Counted from the stretch's first letter, positions 38,035 to 51,530 are shown. The stretch is 64,000 nt of DNA from Octopus vulgaris (GCA_951406725.2 OX597836.1:10106001-10170000), one strand, 5' to 3'. Notes: generated by a model from the sequence alone, not told the origin. Program-made: numbers and translations.

Positions 38035-38484
38035 TCTTGTCTCCCCCCCCTCTCACTGTTTCATCCCCTCCTCTCTGTGTCTCCTCCTCTTCCTCTCTCT
38101 GTTTCCTCCTCCTCTCTCTGTCTCCTCCTCCTCTCTCTCCTTTCTCTGTATTTCCTCCTCTCTGTGTCTCCTCCTCTCTCTCTGTCTTTCTCCTCTCTCC
38201 CTCCACTGTTTGGTTCCTCCTCCTCTGTCTGTCTCCTACTCCCTCTGTCTTCTCCTCTGTATGTCTCCTGCTCCCTCTGTCTGGCTTCTCCTCCTCTCTG
38301 GATTCTCCTTTCTCTCTGTCTCCTCCTCTCTCTCTCTCTCTGTCTGCCTTCTCCTCTCTCCCTGTCTCCTCTGTCTGTCTCTTCCTCCTCTCTTACTGTC
38401 TCCTCTCTCTCTCTCTTTCCTCTGCTCTCTTTTCTTCATCTCTCTTTTTCCTCCCCTTTCTTTTTCCTCTTCTCTCTTCTCTCC

Positions 38485-38532
<48 letters not shown>

Positions 38533-38540
38533 ACCTCTCC
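38035..38540. repeat. Polypyrimidine (CT-rich) low-complexity tract
   Basis: Direct reading. Confidence 0.9.
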
Positions 38541-39127
38541 CTCGCATCTTGGTTGTTTCGCTTAGCCAAGGTTGAAGGAGTCAAGAAGGTCTCTCTGCTT
38601 AAAAAAAAACAACAAAAAAAAGCGTCGGAATTAAATGGTTAAAACTAAAAATGAAAAAAGAACCTACATAAATCAAAGATTTATTGGTAACATGAGGAAG
38701 CAAAGGGATTTGTAAGAACTGTAAACAAATAATTAATTTCAATTCTCAGTGGAGTTCTTGCAATGTGGTGACGAAATTCGCAACCACTAGGCTTCGGTTT
38801 CAATCTTATCGCGTGGCACCCCTAGTGCAAGTGTCTTCTACTTTAGCGCTATCAGACCAATGATTTATGAATGATTTTGGTAGACGGAAACTGTGTGGAA
38901 GCCTGTCATATGTGTGTGTTGTTTATGTGCTTGTGCGTGCATGTGTCACAGTTTGACTGAGGTGTTGATTTGATTAGGATGGATATGAGGGTGGACGGGT
39001 GTACCAAACGAGTGTATATATATGCAGGAGTGAGGCGCGGATGTGTGGTAAGAAGTTTGCTTCCCAACCACATGCTTCCGGGTTCAGTCCCACTGCGTGG
39101 CACCTTGGGTATGTATCTTCTACTATA

Positions 39128-39358
39128 TATTTCTTTACTACCCACAAGGGGCTAAACACAGAGAGGACAAACAAGGACAGACAAAGGGATTAAGTCGATT
39201 ACATCGACCCAGTGCGAAAATGGTACTTTATTTATCGACCCCGAGAGGATGAAAGGCAAAGTCGACCTCGGCGGAATTTGAACTCAGACCGTAACGGCAG
39301 ACGAAATACCGCTAAGCATTTCGCCCGGTGCGCTAACGTTTCTGCCAGCTCGCCGCCT
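39128..39358 (-). mobile_element. Full-length monomeric SINE family B inserted in a family A SINE
   Basis: Complete head to tail; 14-bp TSD TATCTTCTACTATA at 39114-39127 and 39359-39372. Confidence 0.92.
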
Positions 39359-39735
39359 TATCTTCTACTATAGCCTCGAGTAACTTAGCGGGTCGGTAAA
39401 AAGACGTCGCTAGAAGTAAGTACTAGACTTAAAATAAGAACACGAAGTAATTTCATTGACTAAACCCCGTCGAAGCGGTGCTCCAGCTCGGCTGTAATCC
39501 AATGATTGAAACAAGCAAAAAATAAACTAGAAGTGTACGCGCGCATGTGTGTGAGTGTGAGCGAGTGTATGAGTACATACATGTTATATAACTTAGCAGT
39601 TCGGTAAAAGCCATCGATAAAAGTAAGTACTTAAACTAAGAGCCAGAAGTAATTCCATTGGCTAACTCCTTCAAAGCGGTGCTTCAGCGTGGCCGCAGTC
39701 CAATGATTGACATAAAGCAAACGAATAAAATGTAT

Positions 39736-39780
<45 letters not shown>

Positions 39781-40104
39781 CACATACATTTTTTTATGAG
39801 AGAAAGGGAGAGAGTGGGGGAGATGGAGGGGATTGTAATTGGTTTAGCAGCATTTGCAGTATCATTAACCGAATAGATTACAGACCCAAGAATTCAATGC
39901 TTTTAGGGATGGTTCAAAATGCATTTACCATTCATTTTTGATACGAGCGCTCTCCATGTGCTCACAACTACCTAACACAATAGGGACCTCCTAGAGTTAT
40001 CTGAAAAGTAATAGCAGGTTTAGAATTAGGGCTTTCGTACTTTCGGGTGCATTTTCACCCCGAAAGCGGACCGTCTTGTTTTCTTTCTTTCTTTCTTTCT
40101 TTCT

Positions 40105-40345
40105 TTTTTTATAGGTTAGTCAGGAGAGGAGAGCAGTACTCACGACCTTTACAGGGCCTCTCTGTGATGAGGGTAGACGTTAACTTTCAGGAAATAGGTA
40201 GATAGACAGCGGTTTTCAGAGGCATAGAGATCTAGGGAAAGAAGGATTGGGTAAAAGTGTTTAGTAAGATTTATGTCTGAGTAAACGGGGTGGCACTCAG
40301 TACGGAGTGACGAAATGAGGGTGGACGAGTGTACCAAACAAGTGT
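40105..40345 (-). mobile_element. Degenerate CR1/L2-like LINE 3' end
   Basis: HPHFVT and TQSFFP motifs in shifting frames. Confidence 0.45.
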
Positions 40346-40513
40346 ATATATATATACGCAAGCGTAAGGCGTGGGTGTGTGTTAAGAAGCTTGTTTCCCA
40401 ACCACGTCGTTCCGGGTTCAGTCCCACTGCGTGGTACCTTGTGTAAGTGTCTTCTACTATAGCCTCGAGCCCTGTGAGTGGATTTGGTAGAAGGAAACTG
40501 AGAGAAGTCTGTC

Positions 40514-40597
<84 letters not shown>

Positions 40598-40600
<3 letters not shown>

Positions 40601-40879
40601 TTAGGGAATAAATCCAAACTTACAGGGAAAAATCAGATCTAGGATTGAATCCAATTTTATAGTAAAATATTATATTATATTAAATTAGAGACAAAACCAC
40701 TATTAGGTAAATCATACAATGAAAAACTTAAGCCAATACATAAGATTATTTAATTTATATTATTTAAATATATAACAAAATTATTAATATATCACTACGA
40801 TATAAATGAAATAATCTTATGTATTGGCTTAAGTTTTTCATTGTATGATTTACCTAATAGTGGTTTTGTCTCGAATTTA

Positions 40880-40885
<6 letters not shown>
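40598..40885 (-). mobile_element. (TA)n-embedded fold-back island inside a family A SINE microsatellite
   Basis: Arms about 40675-40760 and 40800-40885; SINE 5' half 40360-40515, 3' half 41085-41290. Confidence 0.55.
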
Positions 40886-40947
<62 letters not shown>

Positions 40948-41027
40948 TGAATGAAGTATCCTATGTTTATCGTCAGCATGGAAAATTCGTTTAACATCTG
41001 CGTTCGACTCCATTCTTTCATTTATTC

Positions 41028-41090
<63 letters not shown>

Positions 41091-41292
41091 TCCCTTCACA
41101 ACCACTTTACAACTGGTGTAGGTGTGTTTGTGTCCCCGTAACTTAGCGGTTCGGCAAAAGTGACCGAGAGAATAAGCACCACTTCTTAAAAAAAGAAAAC
41201 GAAGTACTGGGGTCGATTCATTCGACTAAAAATTCAAGGCGGTACCCCAGTATGGCCACAGTCTAATAACTGAAACAAAAGATTAAAGATAG

Positions 41293-41372
<80 letters not shown>

Positions 41373-41844
41373 ATGTGCGTGTGTGTGTGTACAAATATGT
41401 GTGTGTGTATATTTATATATATAGTGTGTGTAGTATGTATGTATATACATACAGATACATATATAGATCTATGTGTGTATATATATATATATATAAATAT
41501 ATATATAGAAGTATCGCCCGGCGTTGCTCGGGTTAGTTTCGACCCGCTGGAATTGGAATTTTTGAAAAGTAAAAGTTTTGCATTATGTAGCTTGTTATTC
41601 TCTTCAAGTGAACATTTTTCTGGTTGAAATACACCGAAAAGTGGCGACACAGCAGTGAAAAAATCGTAAAAAATAGGGATTTTCATAGAAATGAAGCACC
41701 TTTTTGATATAAATAATTTTTGGTGTTAACATGGTCCGATTTGAATTTTATCTTCTACGGAAGGAAGAGCAAGCCTTCTTCTATCATACTCTCAATTTTG
41801 GTCAACTTGTGCCGCAGGGTCTCAGAGGAGATAGTGTTAGTTCA

Positions 41845-44800
41845 CCCAAAAAATTTTCGAAAATTTTCATCGAAAATTTTACCCAAAAATTTTTCGAAAA
41901 TTTTCACCGAAAATTTTACCCAAAAATTTTTTCGAAAATTTACCCAGAAATTTTTTCGAAAATTTTACCCAAAAATTTTCGTCGAAAATTTCACCAAAAA
42001 TTTTTCGAAAATTTTCACCCAAAATTTTACCCCAAAATTTTTTGAAAATTTTCACCGAAAATTTTCCAAAAAATTTTTCCAAAATTTTCACCCAAAATTT
42101 TACCTAAAAAGTTTACGAAAATTTTCCTCAAAAATTTTTCGAAAATTTTACCAAAAAATTTTTTCGAAAATTGTACCCAAAAATTTCTTTGAAAATTTTC
42201 ACCGAAAATTTTACCCAAAACTTTTCACCAACAATTTTTCGAAAATTTCACCCAAAATTTTACCCAAAAATTTTCGAAAATTTTCGAAAATTTTCACCGA
42301 AAATTTTACCCAAAAATTTTTCGAAAATTTCACCGAAAATATGAAAATTTTCACCAAAAATTTTACCAAAATGAAAATTTTCACAAAATCACAAAAATTT
42401 TGGAAAGTATGGAAGGCCAGTGGTGCCAAAATCACAAAGTATGGAAAGCCAGCGGTGCCAAAATCACAAAGTATGGAAAGCTAGCGGTGCCGAAATCATA
42501 AAGTATGGAAGGCCAGTGGAGCCGAAATCACAAAGTATGGAAAGTTAGCGGTGCCAAAATCACAAATTTTACCCAAAAAGTTTTTCGAAAATTTTACCTC
42601 AAAAATTTTTCGAAAATTTTACCAAAATTTTTGCGAAAATTTTACCCAAAAATTTTTTGAAAATTTTCACCGAAAATTTTACCCAAAACTTTTCAAAATT
42701 TTTCGAAAATTTCACCGAAAATTTTACCCAAAATTTTTCGAAAATTTTCACCAAAATTTTACCCAAAAATTTTTCGAAAATTTTCACCGAAAATTTTCCC
42801 AAAAATTTTTCGAAAATTCTCACCGAAAATTTTCACCAAAAATTTTACCCAAAAATTTTGGAAAGTATGGAAGGCCAGCGGTGCCAAAATCACAGAGTAT
42901 GGAAGGCCAGTGGTGCCAAAATCACAAAGTATGGAAAGCCAGCGGTGCCAAAATCACAAAGTACGGAAAGCTAGCGGTGCCGAAATCATAAAGTATGGAA
43001 GGCCAGTGGGGCCGAAATCACAAAGTATGGAAAGTTAGCGGTGCCAAAATCACAAATTTTACCCAAAAATTTTTCGAAAATTTTACCCAAAAATTTTCAC
43101 CAACAATTTTTGGAAAATTTTTGCAGAAAATTTTACCCAAAAATTTTTCGGAAATTTTCACCGAGAACTTTACCGAAAAATTTTTCGAAAATTTTCCGAA
43201 AACTACCAAAATTTTTCCAAAATTTTCACCGAAAATTTTACCCAAAAATTTTTCGAAAATTTTCGTCTAAAATTTCACCTAAAATTTTTTCAAAAATTTT
43301 CACCGAAAATTTTCCCGAAAAATTTTTCGAAACTTTTCCCCAAAAATTTTTCCTAAATTTTCACCCAAAATTTTACCCCAATATTTTTCGAAAATTTTCT
43401 CCGAAAATTTTCACCCAAAATTTTACCCAAATTTTTTACCGAAAATTTTACCCAAAAATTTTTCGAAAATTTTCGTCTAAAATTTCACCCAAAATTTTTT
43501 CAAAAATTTTCACCGAAAATTTTACCCAAAAATTTTTTCGAAAATTTACCCAGAAATTTTTTCGATAATTTTACCCAAAAATTTTCGTCGAAAATTTCAC
43601 CAAAAATTTTTCGAAAATTTTCACCCAAAATTTTACCCCAAAATTTTTTGAAAATTTTCACCGAAAATTTTCCAAAAATTTTTCGAAAATTTTCACCGAA
43701 AATTTTACCTAAAAATTTTTCCAAAATTTTCACCGAAAATTTTACCCAAAAATTTTTCGAAAATTTTCGTCTAAAATTTCACCTAAAATTTTTTCAAAAA
43801 TTTTCACCGAAAATTTTCCCGAAAAATTTTTCGAAACTTTTCCCCAAAAATTTTTCCTAAATTTTCACCCAAAATTTTACCCCAATATTTTTCGAAAATT
43901 TTCTCCGAAAATTTTCACCCAAAATTTTTACCCAAATTTTTATACCGAAAATTTTACCCAAAAATTTTTCGAAAATTTTCGTCTAAAATTTCACCCAAAA
44001 TTTTTTCAAAAATTTTCACCGAAAATTTTACCCAAAAATTTTTTCGAAAATTTACCCAGAAATTTTTTCGATAATTTTACCCAAAAATTTTCGTCGAAAA
44101 TTTCACCAAAATTTTTCGAAAATTTTCACCCAAAATTTTACCCCAAAATTTTTTGAAAATTTTCACCGAAAATTTTCCAAAAAAATTTTTCGAAAATTTT
44201 CACCGAAAATTTTACCTAAAAATTTTTCCAAAATTTTCACCGAAAATTTTACCCAAAAATTTTTCGAAAATTTTCGTCTAAAATTTCACCTAAAATTTTT
44301 TCAAAAATTTTCACCGAAAATTTTCCCGAAAAATTTTTCGAAACTTTTCCCCAAAAATTTTTCCTAAATTTTCACCCAAAATTTTACCCCAATATTTTTC
44401 GAAAATTTTCTCCGAAAATTTTCACCCAAAATTTTACCCAAATTTTTTACCGAAAATTTTACCCAAAAATTTTTCGAAAATTTTCGTCTAAAATTTCACC
44501 CAAAATTTTTTCAAAAATTTTCACCGAAAATTTTACCCAAAATTTTTTCGAAAATTTACCCAGAAATTTTTTCGATAATTTTACCCAAAAATTTTCGTCG
44601 AAAATTTCACCAAAAATTTTTCGAAAATTTTCACCCAAAATTTTACCCCAAAATTTTTTGAAAATTTTCACCGAAAATTTTCCAAAAATTTTTCCAAAAT
44701 TTTCACCGAAAATTTTACCTAAAAATTTACGAAAATTTTCCTCAAAAATTTTTCGAAAATTTTACCAAAAAATTTTTTCGAAAATTGTACCCAAAAATTT

Positions 44801-46284
44801 TTTTGAAAGTTTTCACCGAAAATTTTACCCAAAACTTTTCACCAACAATTTTTCGAAAATTTCACCCAAAATTTTACCCAAAAATTTTCCGAAAATTTTC
44901 ACCCAAAATTTTACCCAAAATTTTTCGAAAATTTTCACCCAAAATTTTACCCAAAAATTTTGGAAAGTATGGACGGCCAGCGGTGCCAAAATCACAGAGT
45001 ATGGAAGGCCAGTGGTGCCAAAATCACAAAGTATGGAAAGCCAGCGGTGCCAAAATCACAAAGTATGGAAAGCTAGCGGTGCCGAAATCATAAAGTATGG
45101 AAGGCCAGTGGGGCCGAAATCACAAAGTATGGAAAGTTAGCGGTGCCAAAATCACAAATTTTACCCAAAAAGTTTACGAAAATTTTCCTCAAAAATTTTT
45201 CGAAAATTTTACCAAAAAATTTTTTCGAAAATTGTACCCAAAAATTTTTTTGAAAATTTTCACCGAAAATCACCGAAAATTTTACCCAAAACTTCTCACC
45301 AACAATTTTTCGAAAATTTCACCCAAAATTTTACCCAAAAATTTTCCGAAAATTTTCACCCAAAATTTTACCCAAAATTTTTCGTAAATTTTCACCCGAA
45401 ATTTTACCCAAAATTTTTCGAAAATTCTCACCGAAAATTTTCACCAAAAATATTTCGAAAATTTTCACCAAAAATTTTACCCAAAAATTTTGGAAAGTAT
45501 GGAAGGCAGGCGGTGCCAAAATCACAGAGTATGGAAGGCCAGTGGTGCCAAAATCACAAAGTATGGAAAGCCAGCGGTGCCAAAATCACAAAGTACGGAA
45601 AGCTAGCGGTGCCGAAATCATAAAGTATGGAAGGCCAGTGGGGCCGAAATCACAAAGTATGGAAAGTTAGCGGTGCCAAAATCACAAATTTTACCCAAAA
45701 ATTTTTCGAAAATTTTACCCAAAAATTTTCACCAACAATTTTTGGAAAATTTTTGCAGAAAATTTTACCCAAAAATTTTTCGGAAATTTTCACCGAGAAC
45801 TTTACCGAAAAATTTTTCGAAAATTTTCACCGAAAACTTTACCCAAAATTTTTTCGAAAATTTTCCCAAAAAATTTTTCCAAAATTTTCACCGAAAATTT
45901 TACCCAAAAATTTTTCGAAAATTTTCGTCTAAAATTTCACCCAAAATTTTTTTCAAAAATTTTCACCGAAAATTTTCCCGAAAAGTTTTTCGAAACTTTT
46001 CCCCAAAATTTTTCCTAAATTTTCACCCAAAATTTTACCCCAATATTTTTCGAAAATTTTCACCCAAAATTTTACCCAAATTTTTTTTACCGAAAATTTT
46101 ACCCAAAAATTTTTCGAAAATTTTCGTCTAAAATTTCACCCAAAATTTTTTCAAAAATTTTCACCGAAAATTTTCCCAAAAAATTTTTCATAAATTTTAC
46201 CCAAAAAGTTTTCGAAAATTTTCACCCAAAATTTTACCCAAATTTATTACCGAAAATTTTACCCAAAAATTTTTCGAAAATTTC
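41845..46284. repeat. Hierarchical satellite of AAAATTTT units with four blocks of 32-bp repeats
   Basis: 12-13 bp units (ACCGAAAATTTT / ACCCAAAAATTTT / TCGAAAATTTTC); 32-mer blocks at about 42401, 42859, 44961, 45491. Confidence 0.95.
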
Positions 46285-46562
46285 CTCAGGTGATATGTAA
46301 ATATTGTCTCTGTAAATTTAAAATCCTCGGCTTCAAGAACATTCTATTTCTCTGTCGTGACCTTAATTTAGTGGTAGTCACAAAGCCTATTTACGTATTC
46401 AAAGTGCTTTGAATACGTAAATGTAGTGGGATGGTGATTCTCGTACCTTTAAAGTGTTTGCCGTTTTAAAGAGATTGATATTTTATTTCTTTATACTGTT
46501 GATTTGTTCTTCATGGTTGGTTACACATATGATTCTCCTTAGCTGGCCTTTAAGGTTCAACA

Positions 46563-47602
46563 CTCAGGAGTTGTATCGATAGACTTATATACATAGACAT
46601 CCCCAGGAATGAGTTTTAGCATTTCATCATTAATATGGTGAACAGTTTTATTCCTCGGGGCCAGAATAGCCCTTTGGCCAATCCAATCCATATTCTGATA
46701 ATTAGCTTGTAGATCTGGGAACACGGCATCTCTGAGATCAGAAGGCGTTTTAACAATGGTACAAATGGAATCGATGGCAATATTACCATTTTCATCCCCT
46801 GGTATTTTGCCTTAGCCAAGTGCAAGGAGGGTGTGAGGAAATGCTGCTGATGTGATATTACGTCGCATATGAGAGCACGCATATTGGTGTGAAGTTTGAG
46901 AGTCTTCATCAGTGGCCACAATGTGGATGACTTAAGACGCGCACTTACTGCATCAGCTCTAGTCCCTTTGGGAATAACGGGAAGTGTTTGTCGGAAGTAC
47001 CCTGAAAGAAGAAGTGTTATGCCTGACATGGGAGCTGAAGAGTGTTTGATGTCTCTGAGAGATTTATCTAGTGCCTCAAGAGCACCTCTATGGGCCATCG
47101 TGCATTCATTCCAAACGATAAGCTTGCATCGTCTGAAGACTTCTGCCTGATCGGAGCTGTTACTGATGTTGCAAGTTGGTGTCTCAGTCTTCGCTAAGTC
47201 AAGCGGAAGCTTGAAAGTGGAGTGAGCTGTCCTGCCGCCTGGCAACAAAGTAGCCGCAATTCCAGATGATGGCACAGCTAGGGCAATGCCTTGTGTTCGC
47301 CTAATCTCAGCCAATATTAATTTGTTGACAAAAGTTTTCCCAGTGCCCCCAGGAGCGTCCAGGAAAAAAATCCCCCCAGCTTTGGCCCGGACTGAATTAA
47401 CCACGGAGTTGTAAGCGAACTTCTGTTCTGGAAGGAGTTTTGGCTCATTGTCGGCTATGTACTCGGCAAGCTCGTCAACATTAAAACATGTCTCACGCAG
47501 CAAATGTGAAGACAGAGTGTTTGTGCCTTCCCGGTTTGTTGAAGGTAGGCCATAGACCGGCAAGGTACTACCGCCCATATCAAGTACAGTATCTTCGAAC
47601 AT
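46563..47602 (-). pseudogene. Helitron RepHel Pif1-like SF1 helicase fragment, inactivated
   Basis: FFLDAPGGTGKT, SSGIAATLL..GRTAHS, LIVWNE (Walker B D lost), LSGYFRQ (GDFRQ), LHTNMR; frameshifted continuation RAILAPRN...YKSID; truncated at both ends. Confidence 0.95.
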
Positions 47603-47733
47603 AGTGTGTTACCACACAGCCACACCTGCCCCTATGTATGTGTGTGTGTGTTTGCGTGTGTGTGTATGGGTAGATATATTATGCAGGTATATATGTGTAT
47701 ATATATGTGTACATATTACATGTACATCTATAT

Positions 47734-47793
<60 letters not shown>

Positions 47794-48640
47794 TACACAT
47801 AAAATACAAAATACAAAGTTATATCTTGATATCGCTAGTGATAACAATACTCAAAATATATAACAGACTGGAATTGTAGGCCCGTCTCTTGCAATTTCGA
47901 TCAATTGGATCTTGTCCTCCCTCTTGTATAGAAGTGTACGGCTGCAGCGAAATTCATTTTTGGACTTTCTTCTATCGAAGGCATTTTAACAAAAATGCTT
48001 CCGTAAATACGGTGAAAATATTGTCAATTTCCCCAAACAAGGACACAATTCAATTTTGATGCAATAACCAAAGCCCCTTCTCCGAAAAGGGGAGGGTTAC
48101 GGTTTACAATTATTTAACAAATGCAACAAAACAACGTTTCCCTGACGAGGAACCAACAAACGTGATTACAATAGTCAAACTGTAATAATAATAACAACAA
48201 ACCTTTTTAATTTATCCCCATTTATGTGAAACCACTTATTCAAGTTCAAGTCATTGATGCAATTTTATACGAATTGCTAATACACACACATACACACACA
48301 TAATAAGGGTGAAAAATTGAATATTAATTTGATTAATATGAATTGGAAACCAGTGGTGTAGCATATAAGACCATAGATGATCTTCCTCTAGCAAAAAGGA
48401 TGACCAGTATTAATTGCTCATGAGAGAGGGAAATCGTAAAATATTGAGTTTTCTCGAATTTTTGCTTAATTGGGGGGGGGGGGGCGATTGAAAAAACTTT
48501 TTATGCCATGACTCAATCGAATCTACTTGGAAAAATCATAGGTAAATTCCAATTGATGAAATTCTATATTGTAGAATTGTATTAAAAAGAAACATGGGAA
48601 CAGGTAGAGAATATCTGCCTTTTATCATAAGATTATCATA

Positions 48641-48695
<55 letters not shown>

Positions 48696-48845
48696 TCTAT
48701 GTAGATGTGTGTGTGTATAATACGTGTGTAAGTATATAAACACATAAATACATATACATATCTAGGCATATATATACATGTGTGTATATGCATATATGTA
48801 ACATACACACATAAATACATGTGCCTGTGCGCGCGCTCACGTTTG

Positions 48846-48894
<49 letters not shown>

Positions 48895-49203
48895 AGTGCT
48901 GTATATAGAACAGGACATATCAATGTTTAGGACTTCATTTGTTCGATTATAGTTCGAAATTTCAATTCATGAAGAGAAATAGGTCCGGAGATCGAACTCA
49001 AAACCTCACGATCGTCAGTCGACGCTCTAACCACTGAGCCATGTGCTATTTACACACGCACATACATACACATTTATATACACCCACATATACATACACC
49101 CACACATTTATACATGTTTGTGTACGTTCTCCCTTCTACCAAACGGGCATTTTTAACGCTGTGTTCCTTTTATGAGTCCCGTAACCTGGCGGGTTGACAA
49201 ATA

Positions 49204-49454
49204 ATTTTTTTTAAATGTTCCTTTTTGAACCATGCCAGGCTCATAAGGGCCGGTTCCCCGGTTTCAGTGGCGTAGAAATTCTCCTCCTGGACGGGACGCC
49301 GGTCCGTCGCAGGATTACTCATTTTTGCCAGCTGAGTCGACTGGAGCAACGTGAAATGAAGTGTTTTGCTCAAGAACACAACGCATCGCCCGGTTCAGGA
49401 ATCGAAACCACAACCTTACGATCATGAGTTCAACATCCCTAACCACTTAGCCAC
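49204..49454 (-). mobile_element. SINE family D nested in an old family A-like tail
   Basis: Homologous to 2025-2289; 15-bp TSD GCGGGTTGACAAATA at 49189-49203 and 49455-49469. Confidence 0.9.
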
Positions 49455-49603
49455 GCGGGTTGACAAATAGTGTACTCTAAAACATGAGCCAAACTGAAGC
49501 ACTTCAATCAATAGGTTAAACTTAAAGCCTCTTCAAAGTTGTGCCCCAGCATGGGCGTACACCACTAGCTAAAACGAGTGAAAGAACGCAAGCATTGATA
49601 TAT

Positions 49604-49781
49604 ACTCTTTTACTCTTTTACTTGTTTCAGTCATTTGACTGCGGCCATGCTGGAGCACCGCCTTTAATCGAGCAACTCGACCCCGGGACTTATTCTTTTT
49701 GTAAGCCCAGTACTTATTCTATCGGTCTCTTTTGCCGAACCGCTAAGTAACGAGGACGTAAACACACCAGCATCGGTTGTC

Positions 49782-49858
<77 letters not shown>

Positions 49859-50030
49859 CCTATATACGACGGGCTTCTTTCAGTTTCCGTCTACCAAATC
49901 CACTCACAAGGCTTTGGTCGGCCCGAGGCTATAGTAGAAGACACTTGCCCAATGTGCCACTCAAAGGGACTGAACCCGGAAGCGTGTGGTTGGTAAACAA
50001 GCTACTTACCACACGGCCACTCCTGAACCT
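49604..50030 (-). mobile_element. SINE family A
   Basis: Collinear with other copies. Confidence 0.9.
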
Positions 50031-51009
50031 ATAAGCAAAGTCGACCTTGGCAGAATTTGAACTCAAAACATGAAATAGAGGCAAACTACCGCTAATCATT
50101 GCGCCCGCCATGCTAACGTTTCTGCCAGCTCTCCACCTTATCCGCAGCTATTTGTCATAGAAATCAAACCAACAGGGCCAGGCCCTACCTCGCCGCGAAG
50201 TTAATTCTCTATGAAAGCCGGCAAATCACTGCTCGCCTTGAACCTGTTAATAGTTTGGTGTTTGCTTACTTATTTATTAGGTCCAGCCCTCTGTCTAGAG
50301 TTGCCGTTGCTATTTCCTCTTTGATAAGCGCCAACTTTATTCACGTCATCTTCTAAAGATTTATTTCGGTGAAGACAAGGAGTCATTAGTGCTGGAAGTG
50401 ATCCGAGACTTGTGTAGGTCAGCCACAACACAACAGCACAGTTGTTCCATCATTTGATTCCGTCACAACTCACCACCAGTTTTCTTTCATTTGTTTATTA
50501 ATAATCTTCGCTGTTGTCACAGTCGAAGCTGTCTCACCTCACCTCTCTATCTCTCAACAGCCGAGAGAAGTTTCTAGCAAAGCAAAGGTCAAAAGGGAGT
50601 TAGATATCAAATGCATCGTGTGAACCTGTGAAATCCCTTCGTCGCTATTCCGTCTATATTGCATCACGAATTTAGAATGTAACAACGGACCAAGTTCTCT
50701 TTTCGAAATAATTCTATTTATTTTCACTAAATCCTGTTTGATTTTCTTGCGAAGAAATATATTGGCTTCAAATTTTGGTACAAGGCCAGCAATTTTGTGG
50801 GGGTGGGGTGGGTAAGTCGATTATATCGACCCCAATATTCAACTAGTACTTATGTTATCGATGGAGGCGCAATGGCTCAGTGGTTAGGGCAGCGGACTCG
50901 CGGTCGTAGGATCGCGGTTTCGATTCCCAGATCGGGCGTTGTGAGTGTTTATTGAGCGAAAACACCTAAAGCTCCACGAGGCTCCGGCAGCGGGTGGGGT
51001 GGCGATCTC

Positions 51010-51120
51010 TGCAATAAGTTTGTGAATCAGAGAGGGGAATATGTTGAATAAAATCATAACTGATCCTCCTCCTGTATTTTCTTTTACCGAAAGCCAGGAA
51101 CTTTTCAGCAACCCCTCAAA
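51010..51120 (+). mobile_element. mariner 3' end fragment
   Basis: NKFVNQRGEYVE* (W.KCV...GEYVE) then TIR CCAGGAACTTTTCAGCAACCCCTC. Confidence 0.7.
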
Positions 51121-51186
51121 TATATATACGCATGTGTATACACACACACACGCACGCGCGCGCGCATAAGTTATTTGAGTGTTTAA

Positions 51187-51405
51187 TCCTTTAGTATTTA
51201 AACCGGCCATATCCGGCCAAAATATTTAATCTGTTTTATGTTCAAACTGACCAGATCCAGGCTCTCACACCTACCCTACAATGTTATTCTACATCAAGTA
51301 ATTACACCATCAAGATCTTGAAGATATGAGATAATGCATGATTAATTCAAATCAATGGGAATCAATAAGCATTATGTTTGATAGGATAATCAGAACACTA
51401 AAGGG
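51187..51405. mobile_element. piggyBac-like MITE
   Basis: TTAA-(T)CCTTTAG ... CTAAAGGG-TAAA; second copy at 4205-4848. Confidence 0.7.
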
Positions 51406-51474
51406 TAAAAAAATCATGTTTGGTTGAATTAATACTGAAAAAGAACGAGACGGTCAGATAGAAACAAATGGAGA

Positions 51475-51530
<56 letters not shown>

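Larger units (their letters stand above)
41505..47602 (-). mobile_element. Helitron remnant (helicase fragment, internal satellite, 3' hairpin end)
   Basis: 3' hairpin CCCGAGCAACGCCGGG (41517-41532) 8 nt before CTAT (CTRR-like); helicase on the same strand upstream. A single-element origin is inferred. Confidence 0.7.

Noticed and set aside
42401-45687. 32-bp repeats as a CRISPR array
   Set aside because: Repeats are contiguous with no unique spacers, no cas genes, eukaryotic context
41720-46131. Long K/F/N-rich ORFs across the satellite
   Set aside because: Open in several frames and on both strands because the repeat lacks stops; the 32-bp period shifts frame
46616-47602. Functional host PIF1 gene
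   Set aside because: Intronless, catalytic motifs mutated (WNE, GYFRQ), frameshift, internal stop, truncated; Helitron-type sequence
48141-48165. Hammerhead at CTGACGAGGAACC
   Set aside because: Core 5' half is canonical but GAAA and stem I are missing
48985-49047. tRNA gene on the minus strand
   Set aside because: A/B boxes present but it matches SINE heads and lacks a paired acceptor stem
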